Shown here piece by piece: positions 13,501-25,260 of a stretch of DNA of 64,000 nucleotides. Position 1 is the stretch's first letter. The number at the start of each line of letters is the position of its first letter. The notes below the pieces were generated by a model, which ran no database searches, was not told where the DNA came from, and saw only the letters and a program-made list of their open reading frames with translations. A program made the position numbers and the translations under genes. The DNA is from the human T2T-CHM13v2.0 reference genome, Homo sapiens. The stretch is from NCBI RefSeq assembly GCF_009914755.1, contig NC_060938.1; one strand, 5' to 3'.

Positions 13501-14659
13501 ACGAGGTCACAGAGGAGCCCGACCATGTTTTTCCCACAGTCTCCAGTCCGATCAAGGAGACAGTGTTCAGCAAGTGGAATGGACTTGGGGCCACTGGCAG
13601 GGCAGACGCCCTGGAGGGCACAACGTGGGACATGCCCTGCCCCCAAGCAGGGGATGCCAGGAGCAGGCTGCCTCTGTGTCCGGGGCCACTTCCTGGTGGG
13701 AAGCAGGAATGTGCAGCAGGGAGTTGGCCAAGGAACGGGGTGAGAGCCCCAAGGAAGCAAGGGGGGCCAAGGCGGCTGACCCCGAACACACGGGGAGAGA
13801 ACAGTGTCGGCAGGACGGCAGCACCGGGTGACTAGGAGGCGGGTAAGATTCCCTTTGTCCTGGTGAAGAAAAGCAGGGCACCAAATCTGCGCCTGTCACA
13901 CGCTAGAAACCCCATCTCAGGCATCCCCATCCCACTAGGCACACCTGAAAACAGCTACCATCTTGACTGCACTTTCACTGACAATACAACTTTGTTTTTC
14001 ATGACCTCTGAGCCGCTTTCTAGAGGACAGAATCACGTTCTTGTCCACAACAGAGAGAACACAGGACAAGTCAGTAGCCAGCATGAGAACCCCAGGGCAG
14101 TGGGCAGGTCACTGTGCGATCAGGACCTGGGAGGCCGCTGGGGAAGTGGTGTGGGGAGAGGGAAGCAGCCAAGGGACTCAGCAAGATACCTCAGGCCATG
14201 CTCAAAGGTGAGTACCCAGGTCAAAGTAATGGGCAGAGGCAGGGTTCTCCACCAAGGCAGGACTCAGTTCAAAGGCCCTCGGGGGTCCCCTTTACCAAGT
14301 GCAGCAGAAGGGTTCCATCCCTTGTGCCTACCTGAGCCAGGGGAAAGGGTTGCACATGCCTGTGCTGAGGACGTGGAGGCCACACTGGAACTCAGCGATG
14401 CCTCATCAGTAAACCGTGTCTACACAGCCAGGGGGTGGAGACGGCCCAACCATGCCCTGGTTCAGTCCCCACGCTACACCCGAGGACACTGACGCCGCAC
14501 AGAAGTACCTGCCCACGAGCCCATGTCTTGCCAGTGGCAGAGCCATTTCTCCAGACTATACCTCCAGAGAGCTGCTACCGCCCTAAATACACACACGGCC
14601 ATTCCAGGGCCTCCCCTCCTCCTCCTGAAAATGCCACAGCCAAGGGCTGCATGGTCCTC

Positions 14660-14668
14660 ACTCACCTG
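14660..14668 (-). promoter_or_regulatory. 5' splice donor CAG|GTGAGT
   Basis: Plus strand actcacctg; consensus U1 match. Confidence 0.92.
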
Positions 14669-14791
14669 GAACCTGTGCACCAGCTCCAGGGACTGGCTAT
14701 CATTCTGGTCGGCTTCAAGGATGACGTCAGTCAGCTTGTGGATGATGACGTCCAGGGGGCCCTGCTCCTCGATCGGCCGGCTAAGGTTCAG
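14666..14791 (-). CDS. ITPK1: Internal coding exon of inositol-tetrakisphosphate 1-kinase (approx. residues 41-82; includes the His-Lys of IIHKL)
   Basis: Minus-strand translation LNLSRPIEEQGPLDVIIHKLTDVILEADQNDSQSLELVHRFQ matches my recollection of human ITPK1. It is bounded by acceptor ...ttttgtctgtgttccctgcctcacAG (AG at 14793-14792) and donor CAG|GTGAGT (GT at 14665-14664). 126 nt = 42 whole codons. Confidence 0.96.
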
Positions 14792-14822
14792 CTGTGAGGC
14801 AGGGAACACAGACAAAAGCAAC
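14792..14822 (-). promoter_or_regulatory. 3' splice site and polypyrimidine tract of the ITPK1 exon
   Basis: Minus strand reads gttgcttttgtctgtgttccctgcctcacag immediately before codon CTG. Confidence 0.9.
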
Positions 14823-15794
14823 AACTTCAGCACCTGAGTCCACTGCCCCCATCCTCTTGTCCACCCTGGGGCATATCACCAGAGGACCCTCGAGCCTCCC
14901 TGTAGCACTCTGGAGATGGGGCAGGAGGAGGGCTGACATGGAAAATACAGACAGGACAAGCAGGACAAACCCTCCAAGACCCCACAACTCTTCTCTCCTG
15001 CTAACTCCTCAAGGGCACACCCCACGTTTGTAACTTCTGTTCCCCAAGCCCCATGCTACCCAGGATGCAGAAGACACATAAGAGGAATCAGGGCAATAGT
15101 GTCAACAGGCCAGGCAAGTGATGCTGAGAAATGGCTTTACAGAGAAAGGCTTTTCTCAACACACCCCATCTGCCCTAGGAAAACTAGGGTTCCAAGGGGT
15201 TATGTAAATGACTAACATCGCACAGCCAGATCAGAACTTAGATCTAAGTGGATACTGCTTCTGCTAATCTATAAAAAGCCTTAGCAAAGCTGTGGTCCTC
15301 AGGAATCTAGAAATTGCCGCTTTGAGCGACCAGCCACTTGCACTTCACACTGAAATCTGGGCTCATCGGGAGAAGCGAAGGCGCGTAGGGCTGCCTGCAA
15401 TCTGTTCCATACTGCTCTCCTGCTATGCCAGGGAAGGTGTTTATTTTTGCAAGTGCCTGAGGTTGGGAAGATCAGGCCCCAAGAGAGCCAGAGCCTCTGG
15501 CCAACAGTCAGCGTCACCTGACCCCAAGACAGGAGCACCTGCCAAAAGCCAGGGCAGCCTGACCCCCGCTTCCTGACCCGCCACATGTCTCCCTCCCGGC
15601 ACGCGGCCACCACCACCTGCAAGGCCAGTGCCTCGGAGGCAGCGGCGCCAGCCCGGCACCTGGCTGACCCCCAATCTGGCCTTAGCAGAGGCCAGAGAAG
15701 GCCACAAGCCCCACCCCTGCTCTCATCCCCACCCCCAAGTGGGTTTCCCTCCAGGATTCAAGGCTGACTGTTTTAAAAATGTTACGAAAGACAT

Positions 15795-16000
15795 CATAAT
15801 GACAACTACAAATGGTCACTGGCAGTGGGCACCACGCTCAAAGCTTGCGTGCATTTCTTTCATTGTATTTAACAACCACTATGAGAAGTGATTTTACGAA
15901 TGAGAAAAGTGGAGGACGGAGACTTTTAAAACCTGCCTAGGGTCTCACAGCAGGAAGGCGGTGAAGTGGGGACACAAACTCAGATCTAAGGCTGCGCTTC
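15795..16000 (-). mobile_element. MIR
   Basis: aacaaccactatgag...attttacgaatgagaaaagtggagg...cctagggtctcacagcaggaag. Confidence 0.65.
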
Positions 16001-19000
16001 TCACTCCATTCCCCGCTGCCTGCCCCTGCAACCCCGCTCCCCACGCCTGCTCTGTGCCCTAGGCAGCTGTCCTCTCAGGCCACAATCACCTGGCTGCCTT
16101 GTCCTCTGGCCAAGTCGGGCCAACTGGAGGCACAGCAGAAGATGGGCAAGAAGGAGAGAGGGAGGGAATGTATTTGCAGCATCCTCACGCCCCCACCCCC
16201 TGCCATATTTCTGGCAGCAGTCACAGCCCCCATGGAGCAGGGCAGCCCCTCTCTCAACACTACCGCCTCCCCTATGGCTCCAGGTACATTTTTGGTCCCC
16301 TAGTCCCCTCAGGCCTAGGGGTGGTGACAGCTCTCAGGGCTTGTTAGCACCGGGGAACTTTGTCCTGTGCTGGCTCTCGGGCCTGCCCACACCCTGTGAT
16401 GGTCCCTTACTAAACTCCTCTCCGTTGCACCCCCGGAACGCAGCAGCTCTTGTCTGCTGGTGTCTTTAACTCCTCTTTCTTACTGTTTGCCAGGAAAGAT
16501 GTTAAGGGATTTCCCCTATATAGAAAAAAAAAATATCCTTTAGACCTCACAATAAGAAACTACTAAGGAATGCTGTTCCCTCCCCATGGTGACAGGCCTG
16601 TGTACAAAACAACATAAAATAAAACCAAAACCAGGCTAGCTGAGAAGCTGCCCATCTCTGGGGCTCTTGGGTGAGGAAGGGGAAGGGAAAGACACTTCCC
16701 AATATCTCCTGAGACTTGGCGCCGGCTCATCCTCACGGCAAGCCCAGGGGCCGGGGAAGACGCTCCCTGCTGCAAAGACCAGGACACCAACGGCCCAGGA
16801 AGGAAAATGACCAAGCAAGGCCATGCAGGTGAAGCGGCCAGGATGGAGGCTGTGCAGCAATGCCCATGTGTCAGTCTCCATGAGCAGCCCGCTGACCTGG
16901 GCTCACCATCCCCTGGGGCCTCAGTTTCCCCTTTGATAGAAACAAGAAACTGCAAGAGCTTTGATGGCTCTCTTCACAGATTCCAAATTACACTCCACCC
17001 AATACCTCTTCCCAGAAAAAGCAGACTCTGAAGGAAGGTAGAGAGGCCATGGGCAGAGAACACTGGGCTCTCAGACAGAGCCAAACACCAACCCATTTCC
17101 ACTACAGCCTGTGGCTTCGGTGGGTCAGGCACCACAAACGAGAGGCCAAGACAGCTACGAGCGCAGGGGGAGCCGGGCCACAGGAGCGACGCATCCGGGC
17201 CCACAGAACCCCCATGCCCACCAGCACCCACATCTCCAGACAGCCCTCCAGGTTTCCCTGCCTGGGAGAAACTGTGGGGTTCCCTTGGCGCTGGGGAAGG
17301 AGGTGAGCAGAGGGGACGCCCTTGGTGTCCTCCCCTGGCATCAGCCTGAGGCCCGTAGACCTGACAACCGCAGCTGTTTGGAAAATAAGCTCTCCGCATC
17401 CCCGGCGCTCCACTGAAGGTAAACAGCTGAGCTCTGGAAACGGGCCACCCTCCTTTGTGTATTTTCCAAGCATTTTCATGCCAGTAAAACCCTTCTGTGA
17501 GAACAGCAGCTTGGGACACACATCAGGCCTGGGCTGCTCTCGGGTGCGGCCGCCTCTCGCTGTGGCGTCTGTGCTGGGTACCAGCAGGGCTGCTGGCAGC
17601 TCTAGTGGCTCTTCCTCAGGTGCCTGACATGCCACAACTGCCCTGAAGGGGTCTGTCCCCTGAACACACTGCAAACAGGCTGCGGTCTCCCTCCACTAGC
17701 TAGAAAAGAGATGGGCCCTTGGGTGCGGCCCCCACAGGAGAAAGGGCCCAGCTCCTGAGACTGGGGAGGCCACGGAGAAAAGGACACTGTGCAGGGGGAT
17801 GCCCGGGGGGAAGGACACCACAGAGGCAGGTCTCCCAGATGCGATGGGGACAGGAACTCATTTCAAGGTTGTCATTCTGCTTTTCTGACCACACTCTGCC
17901 CCCAGAAAAAAGAACATTCCCAGGGACTTCTTGTTCTCCTCAGAGGACGGGGTCTGGTTTGTCCCTCCCAGCAGGAGCAAGGGTGTCTCAATGAAAGGCT
18001 GCCCGCCGGGGCCTGAGGTCTGTGGGCACTCCGTTTCCAAGTCATGCCATCTCGCAGGGCCCATGCTGGATCCTGCTCTGTGTGGCGCTTGGAGTTCAGA
18101 ACTCAGAGAAAACAAGGGGCCACTGTTTCCCTCAGGGACGAAGGCAGAGACTTACTAGAGGTGGGGGCAGGGCTGGGAGACGGCACAAAGGCCTGCAAAC
18201 CCCAGTGGCCCCAGAGTCCTCTTTGACTTCCAAAATGATTAACCCAATCGTACCCAGCCTGGTAACCAAGCTGAGCTAGGCCCTGACACTATCCCTGTCT
18301 CTCCCAGGATCTGGAACTGGGGAGGGGTGGGCCAGGCAGACAGGCCTAGAAACCCATCTCCAATCCACTGCTTCTGAACAAGAGCAGGTCACTGAGCTGT
18401 GTGGTACCTCAGTTTCCCCAGTCATAAAATGAGGATGCTACTCACCCTTCCCTGCACCTCACAGGATTGTTATGAGTCCCAGAGCAAAAGTTCAATCCTC
18501 TTTCACATTTCTCAACTCACCTCAGCCCAAACAGGAAGAATTAGTGGCTCCCTTGTGTTGCCCACAGCCCCAGAACCCTTTGCACGTCGCTCCAGGATTG
18601 CACCGTAACCCCAGTTATGATGCTGATTCTTTAATCCACTGTCTCCTGCTCCTGCGCTGGGGGCTGCTCTTCCCCCACGGTATCATATAATCTTTCTGAC
18701 CCAATTCCTCAATTTCTCAGTAACTGGTTTCCAATTACTCAGATAATGGGGAGGGCTGTGTGGCCACCGCCCTCTAGGAACCTCAGTTTCCTTGTCTTTA
18801 AAGCAAGAAGCCTCGCGATCCCAGCACTAGCACCCAGCTCTTGCACACTTGCTCGGTGCCAGGCTCTACTCTAAGCACTTCACATGCACTGAGTTGCTCA
18901 ATTCTCACAATAGTCTGAGACGGGGACTCATGAGAGGCACAGGGTGGTTAAATAACATGTCACAGTCTCACAACTTCACACTCACTCTTAGCAGTACCTA

Positions 19001-19300
19001 GCCAGTGACACTCAATAAATGTCAGCTATTGTATTTCCCTATACTTACTATTCTTATTATTACTGACCAGTGGAAACTTCCGAAAAGTTTTGTCCCAACC
19101 AAGCTTGAGACAAAATGGCCCCAATAAAGGGTGAGAGGGCTGAAGTCTGACTTATTCCTCTGCCCTCTCCATGGATCTGAGAATCTGGGACAGAACTGCC
19201 ATTGCCAAAGTTCAAAGGCCTTGCCAAGCAGAAGCAGGTCTCTCCAGAAGGGAAAGTCAGATCTGGGAACCTCATGGACAGACTTCCAGAAGGATGCTGG

Positions 19301-19764
<464 letters not shown>

Positions 19765-20391
19765 TCATTTGGGGCTGCCACCAAGACCAGCAGGCTGGGA
19801 CAAGGATGGTACTGGTCACCCTAGCAGCCTCTGCCCCAGGCTGGGGAGGGAAGCTGTTGAAAATGCTCTCTGACCCAATTCCCTGATTTCTGAGTAACTG
19901 GTTTCCAATTACTCGGATAATGGGAAGAAACGGCAAACTCGTGAAGGCATAAGAGTGGGTAACTTTTCTCCCTAGAAGATAAAGGGTCAAGACAACTAAA
20001 TGGCCTGAGGATGGTGCTACCTTGCAGAGCCAAAGTTCTGGGAATTTACGAGCTGACATTAGACCCAGAAAAGCTACACCCATTCAGCAAGCACAGCTCC
20101 TTAAGAATAGGACTGACCCTGAGTTCTCAGGATGGGCCAGTCCTGTTCTGCGTTCCCAACACTGGGTGCTGGAAGGCCAGGTCCAAGAGCAGGCAAAGGA
20201 TAAGCACACCCACTCCCAGGATGCTGGCCTAAGGAAATGATCAACAAGTGAAGGCCACTTCTGGCCTAGGGAGAGTCACTGACAACATATTGACAAGAGA
20301 AAAGACACAGAGAGCATGTGTGAAAACGGGGTGCTGGCTAATGCTGGGCATGCCACCACAAAGGGCTAGTCAAGAGCCACTGAGATGGTGT

Positions 20392-20866
20392 GGCTGGGCA
20401 CAGTGGGGCACACTTGTAATCCCAGCTACTCATGGGGCTGAGGTGGGAGGATCATTTGAGCCCAGGAGTTTGAATCCACCCTGGCCAACATGGCAAGACC
20501 ACATCTTTTTTTTTTTTTTTTTGAGACAGTCTCGGTCTACCGTCGAGGCTGGAGTACAGTGGCATGATCTCCACTCAGTGCAACCTCTGCCTCCCGGGTC
20601 CAAGTGATTCTCCTGCCTAGCTTCCCAAGTAGCTGGGATTACAAGCGTGCACCACCACACCCAGCTAATTTTTGTATTTTTAGTAGAGATGGGTTTCACT
20701 ACTCATCTCTACCAGATGTTGGGCAGGCTGGTCTTGAACTCCTAAACTCAAGTGATTCACCTGCCTCAGCCTCCCAAAGTGCTGGGATTACAGGCGTGAG
20801 CCACTGTGCCTGGCCATATCTCTTAAAAAACAACAAAAACAAAAAAACAAAAACAAAGAAAAAAAC
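20392..20866 (+). mobile_element. Alu left monomer (FLAM-like), split by a nested minus-strand Alu
   Basis: Body at 20392-20505; the A-rich tail resumes at ~20817-20866 after the nested element. Confidence 0.8.
20506..20815 (-). mobile_element. AluS SINE nested in the FLAM
   Basis: Poly-T, then gagacagtctc...gagccactgtgcctggcc. Confidence 0.95.
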
Positions 20867-21019
20867 AGTAACTGAGATGACAATGAAGAGGTCTTGATAG
20901 AGATAAGAGTAGGTGCTTGAATTACAACCACATGAACCAACATTTACTGTGGAAAAGGCTGATAAGAAAACCCAGAATATGAAAATAAAAGGACTGTGGG
21001 TATAGCAGCCCCTTTTCTG

Positions 21020-21169
21020 TTTTTGCTTGTTTGTTTGTTTGTTTTGTAGAGATGTGCTGGGTTTCACCATGTTTGGCCAGGCTGGTCTTGAACTCCTGAT
21101 CTCATGTGATCTGCCCGCCTTGGCCTCCCAAAATGCTGGGATTACAGGTGTGAGCCACCGCACACGGCC
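21020..21169 (-). mobile_element. Alu left arm only, with 14-bp direct flanking repeat
   Basis: cagccccttttctg at 21006-21019 and 21173-21186; (TTTG)n tail. Confidence 0.9.
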
Positions 21170-21189
21170 TATCAGCCCCTTTTCTGGAC

Positions 21190-21518
21190 ACAAGGCAGGA
21201 CTGCACTTCCTGATTCCCTGGTAAATGGGTGATCATGTGACTCGTTCTGGCCAATGAGCTGTGAGTGAAAACAGAACATGCCGTTTCCTGGGCAGAGCAT
21301 GTAACTGCAGGAGTAAGGTCTCCAGAGCCCTCTCTCCCCTCTGGTGCAGGACCAGCAACCTTCCAGATGGGGCTGCTCAGTTTTAGATCTCTGAGTGAAT
21401 AAGATGGACAGAGCCCCCAGCTGGCCCTGTGGACATGTGGCATGAGTGCGGAATAACCCACGGTTTTCAGCTAAGATTCTGAGGCTGTTGGTTAATACAG
21501 CACAACCAAATCTGTCCT
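21190..21518 (+). mobile_element. Old MaLR (MLT1-type) LTR
   Basis: catgtgactcgttctggccaatgagctgtgagtg and a 3' end gttggttaatacagcacaacc...tcct typical of MLT1H-K. Confidence 0.65.
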
Positions 21519-23304
21519 CATAAAATAGCTGGTCCCCCTACCCCAAGCTTTTCTTTTTCATTTGTTGAAACAAAGGAAGGATGGAAGGGAAGGGAAAGGG
21601 AAGGGGAGAAAAGCAGATTAAGGCAAACAGGCCCCGACAGGTAACTGCAAGGTTGAGAACAGGATTTAGCTATGATTTTTTTCACATTGTAGTTTATTAG
21701 TATTTGGATGAGAGAGGAATGGGGATTTATCCTGTAAGGGGAAGATAACTTGTCAGAGCCCTTAGGAGCAAAAGGCAGGAGCCTTGATAGAGCCACATCA
21801 CGACGTGGCTATTCCCCAGCATCCTAGGAAAGCTCACCCCTAGCAGTCCCCTCAACCTGCCAGATGAGTCCCTCGATCCCGTGCATCTTGGCCAAGGGGC
21901 TGCTTCATCTGTGTTATTGTTCACAGTGGCACCTGAGAGGCCAGAGTCAGAGCTGATAGGAGCTAACCCCTCCCCTCTGTTGCCAGGCACCAATCTAGTC
22001 CTGTCCTGGGGGGAAAGTACGAATCACAGGCTAGCAGAAAAAGAAAAAAAGGGAGCATAAAAGGGCTGGCAGGTCTGGATCCACAAGGTGGGGAGTCAGA
22101 AGCCACGTAACAAAGCCTGACCGCCCTGTGTGTGTTGCGGGGAGAGCGGAGAGGATCCCACACATGAACCTCCTGTTGCCAGGCCTGGAGGAAGGAACTC
22201 GCGGAATCCTCTTGCCCACAGCACTCCTCCATGGCTGGCCAGTGCTCTTCTTCCCAAGCCACCTCAAGCACAGAGGTGCTCCCTCCCCAGGCAGAAGGAT
22301 GCCCAGGGGTTAGAGGGCAGGGGCTGAGCCTCCAGCTGTGCAGCCTGGGGAAGGGCACATCCCTCCCCTCCCCAAGCCTGCTTCCTTGCCTGTGGAGTGA
22401 GGGTAAAGAAATATCCTTCCTATAGTCGCGATGAGCACACAGCCAGGGCCAGCCATCGATTACCTCCCTCTGTGACTAGAGCTGACCATGCTGTACAGGT
22501 GTCAGCAAATAGGACTTTCTTCCTCACATGAGGCTGGATGTTCTCTGGCCTCAGCGGAGGCCTTTCTGGCCTTCTTTGGCTTTCCACCAGCATGATTCTG
22601 ATAATCACCTCCACCAGAACTACCGGGACCCTTATATTCCAGGTGCTGCAGTGAGCAAATGACAGACCTAATCTCCTTAGCACATAATCTCCATGTCCTT
22701 AGGAGGCAGAGGCCACTGTCACCATTTTACACATGAAGCAAGGAAGTCAAGAGGCAAAACAACCGAACTGAGGCTGTATAACCAGCAAATCTCCCCCAAC
22801 ACCCCCAGGTCCCTGTGGCTCCGGGACACAGGCTCCTGAGCCTTCTGCCTTCATCAGGAAGGGGAGTGGGCCGACAACACAGCTGGCTAGACGTCCTTTC
22901 CTGATGTGCAGGGATTGAGGCTGGGGGGAGCTATCATGTGGTCCGAGATACAATCTGAGGGGGCCAGAGGCAGGGAAGCACCCACAAGCACAGCGTCAAC
23001 AACCCAGACTTGCCCCAGTTCCAGGAGAACAGGACAATTCTGAAATCCTAGCTGGCAGGCCTCAAGTTTTCAACCACAACGCCATCTCCTGAGAGCCACC
23101 TGGGTCAGGAAGCGAGAACCTGTCCAGGGCTGGAATCAGGGTCTTTCCATCCTGCCGGCCACCGACACAGCACACCACTGTCAGCTTTGCAGAGTTCTCC
23201 AAGATGAAGGGCCTGGCACTGGCACCCCAACCCGGAAATCAAGAGCAGGAATGGAGGCTGTGGGGGCAAGCAGACAGTGGTAAGGCCTGCCTAGCGCCGC
23301 CCAC

Positions 23305-24212
23305 GTTGCTGTCTTTCTACTTTAGTTGTGGTGGTTTTGCCAGGCAGAAAATCTTGACTTTTCTGTAATTCAAATGTATAAATATTTTCATCTTTTGATC
23401 TTTGCTCCCTAGACTGTTTTTTAAATCAGCCCACGGTTTTCTCAACTATTTTTACATTTTAAGTTTTTATCATTAAATCTTAAATCCACCGGGAGTTGTT
23501 TCAGTGAAAGACTGAGGTGTGCATCTGTGTATGTTTTCCTCCGGATGAGCACTCCAGTGTCTCAACAACATTTACTTACCCATCTTTTACCCACTGTTTG
23601 CAAATGCCAATATTTTCATAATTCTCACATTTTTTGGACTCTTCATTAACTTGTCTTTCACCAATATCACAATGATTTCGTTTGGTTTTCTTTTTCCCAC
23701 ATTGTTTTAATTACAATTGCTTCATGATAAGCTTAATACCAATAAGATCTAGGTCCTCCCTTTTTCACAATTTTCCTGACCAGTCATGCTCATTTATTTT
23801 TCCTACACATCCTTAAGAACAGGACTTGGAGCTGGGTGTGGTGGCTCATGCCTGTAATCCCAGCATGGGATTGTTGGAAGGTTGAGGCAGGTGGATCGCC
23901 TGAGTCCAGGAGTTTGAGACCAGGCTGGATGACAGAGTGAGACCCCATCTCTAAAAATATAAAAAATTAGCCGGGCTGGTGGTGCACACCACGCCCACGC
24001 CTGTCATCCCAGCTACTCAGGAGGTTGAGGCAGGAGGGTGGCTTAAGCACGGATTGCGCCACTGCACTCCAGCCTGGGTGACAGAGTGAGGCCCTGTCTA
24101 AAAAAAAAGAAAAAAAGAATAGGACTTGGATGGAGAATTACTTATATTTATGTATCAATTTAAGGAAAACCCATGGTTTGATCATGAATCCTCTTAGCCA
24201 GGAACACCACGT
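23305..24212 (-). mobile_element. Ancient L1 (L1ME-like) ORF2 segment, inverted, interrupted by an Alu
   Basis: AT-rich; resembles antisense ORF2 (gcagaaaatcttgactttt..., ttaaatccaccgggagttg..., ccagtgtctcaacaacatttact). Confidence 0.7.
23831..24114 (+). mobile_element. AluJ SINE with 16-bp TSD
   Basis: TSD aagaa(c/t)aggacttgga at 23815-23830 and 24115-24130. Confidence 0.93.
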
Positions 24213-25260
24213 ATTATATTTGCAGCTTATATCACAAATGACTAATCTCTCTCAAATATATTAAGATCCTACAAACTGATTTTTTTAAAAAGAAAACCTA
24301 ACACAACAGAAAACATGAACAAAAGATATGTTTGAATGTTAAGTACAGAAAATTAACTACAAAAGGCTTCCAACATATAAAAATTAGAAAATACTCAACC
24401 TCATTCATACAACAAATGCAAATTACAACTACATTATGATAACCATGTTTTATGTACCAGATTGGTGAAAGTCAGAGAGACGGATAACAGACTGTATCGG
24501 CCAGGGCTGGGGGGATGCAGATTCAACCGTCTCGACGGCAGCAAGTTGGTAATATCCATCACAATATAAATGCATAACCTTTCTCGTCCAGGAGTCTCAC
24601 TTCCAGGAGCTGATCTCACAGGGTGAACTCACCCACATATGCACTCACACACATTGCTGCACTGTTTGTAATCGCCAAAAATTAGTAACTAAATAAAAGT
24701 CCAACAAGAAGGGACTGAATCACTTATGAAGATCCATATGGTGGAAGACCATGCTGCCACAGAAGAGAACGGGGAGTGCTTTCTGTGGTGACGTGGAAAG
24801 ATCTCCAAGAAGGGGCCGATCACTGAGTATACCATGCTAGAATATGTATGGGGAGGGGAAAAAAGGGTTACACAAAATCAACATGTGCTTGTACAGTAAG
24901 TCTTCACTGAACATTGGGGATAGGTTCTTGGAAAGTGCAGTATCAACTGAATTGTACAGCAGGTCCTTAAATAACATCAATTCCTTCAACGTCACTTTTT
25001 TATAACAGTGAGAAAAAAATTGGTTTCATTATATATTTCATTTAAAGGCACAGTCCTCAAGAACCTATCGAAGACGTTAAGTGAGATCTTACTGGATATG
25101 CACAGAGTATCTTGGGATGTGCACTAGAAACTGGTCAGAGTGGCAGCCACCACAGGGGAGAGGACCAGGGGGCTTGTGGGATCAGGGTGAAAGGGAGACT
25201 GCTCATCATGTGCTCCCAGAAATTTAAAACCAGTGAAATGTCTTATTTACTTACTGAAAG
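24213..25260 (+). mobile_element. Ancient L1 (L1ME-like) ORF2 end and 3' UTR, interrupted by MER6B
   Basis: atatttgcagcttatatc...aatactcaacctcattcat...aaatgcaaatta...ctgcactgtttgtaatcgccaaaa...gggagact... Confidence 0.75.
24894..25094. mobile_element. MER6B-like Tigger MITE
   Basis: Long TIRs cagtaagtcttcactgaac..gataggttcttg / caagaacctatc..gttaagtgagatcttactg; TA on the left flank; internal cagcaggtcctt MER6 terminus. Confidence 0.85.

Larger units (their letters stand above)
1..14665 (-). other. ITPK1: ITPK1 intron downstream of the exon (partial)
   Basis: Begins at the GT donor. The expected next peptide (EYIDAHPETIV..., recalled) does not appear in the ORF track. Confidence 0.8.

Noticed and set aside
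14474-14833. 119-aa ORF as a complete gene
   Set aside because: Only 14666-14791 is bounded by splice sites and matches ITPK1; the flanking residues are translated intron.
15172-15249. Short palindromes ccctag-gaaaa-ctaggg and acttagatctaagt
   Set aside because: Lengths are within chance expectation for 64 kb and they lie in MIR-like sequence.
16506-16515. Perfect NF-kB site GGGATTTCCC (and scattered E-box, CRE and IRF-like motifs elsewhere)
   Set aside because: Single short motifs are not evidence of function without clustering or chromatin data.
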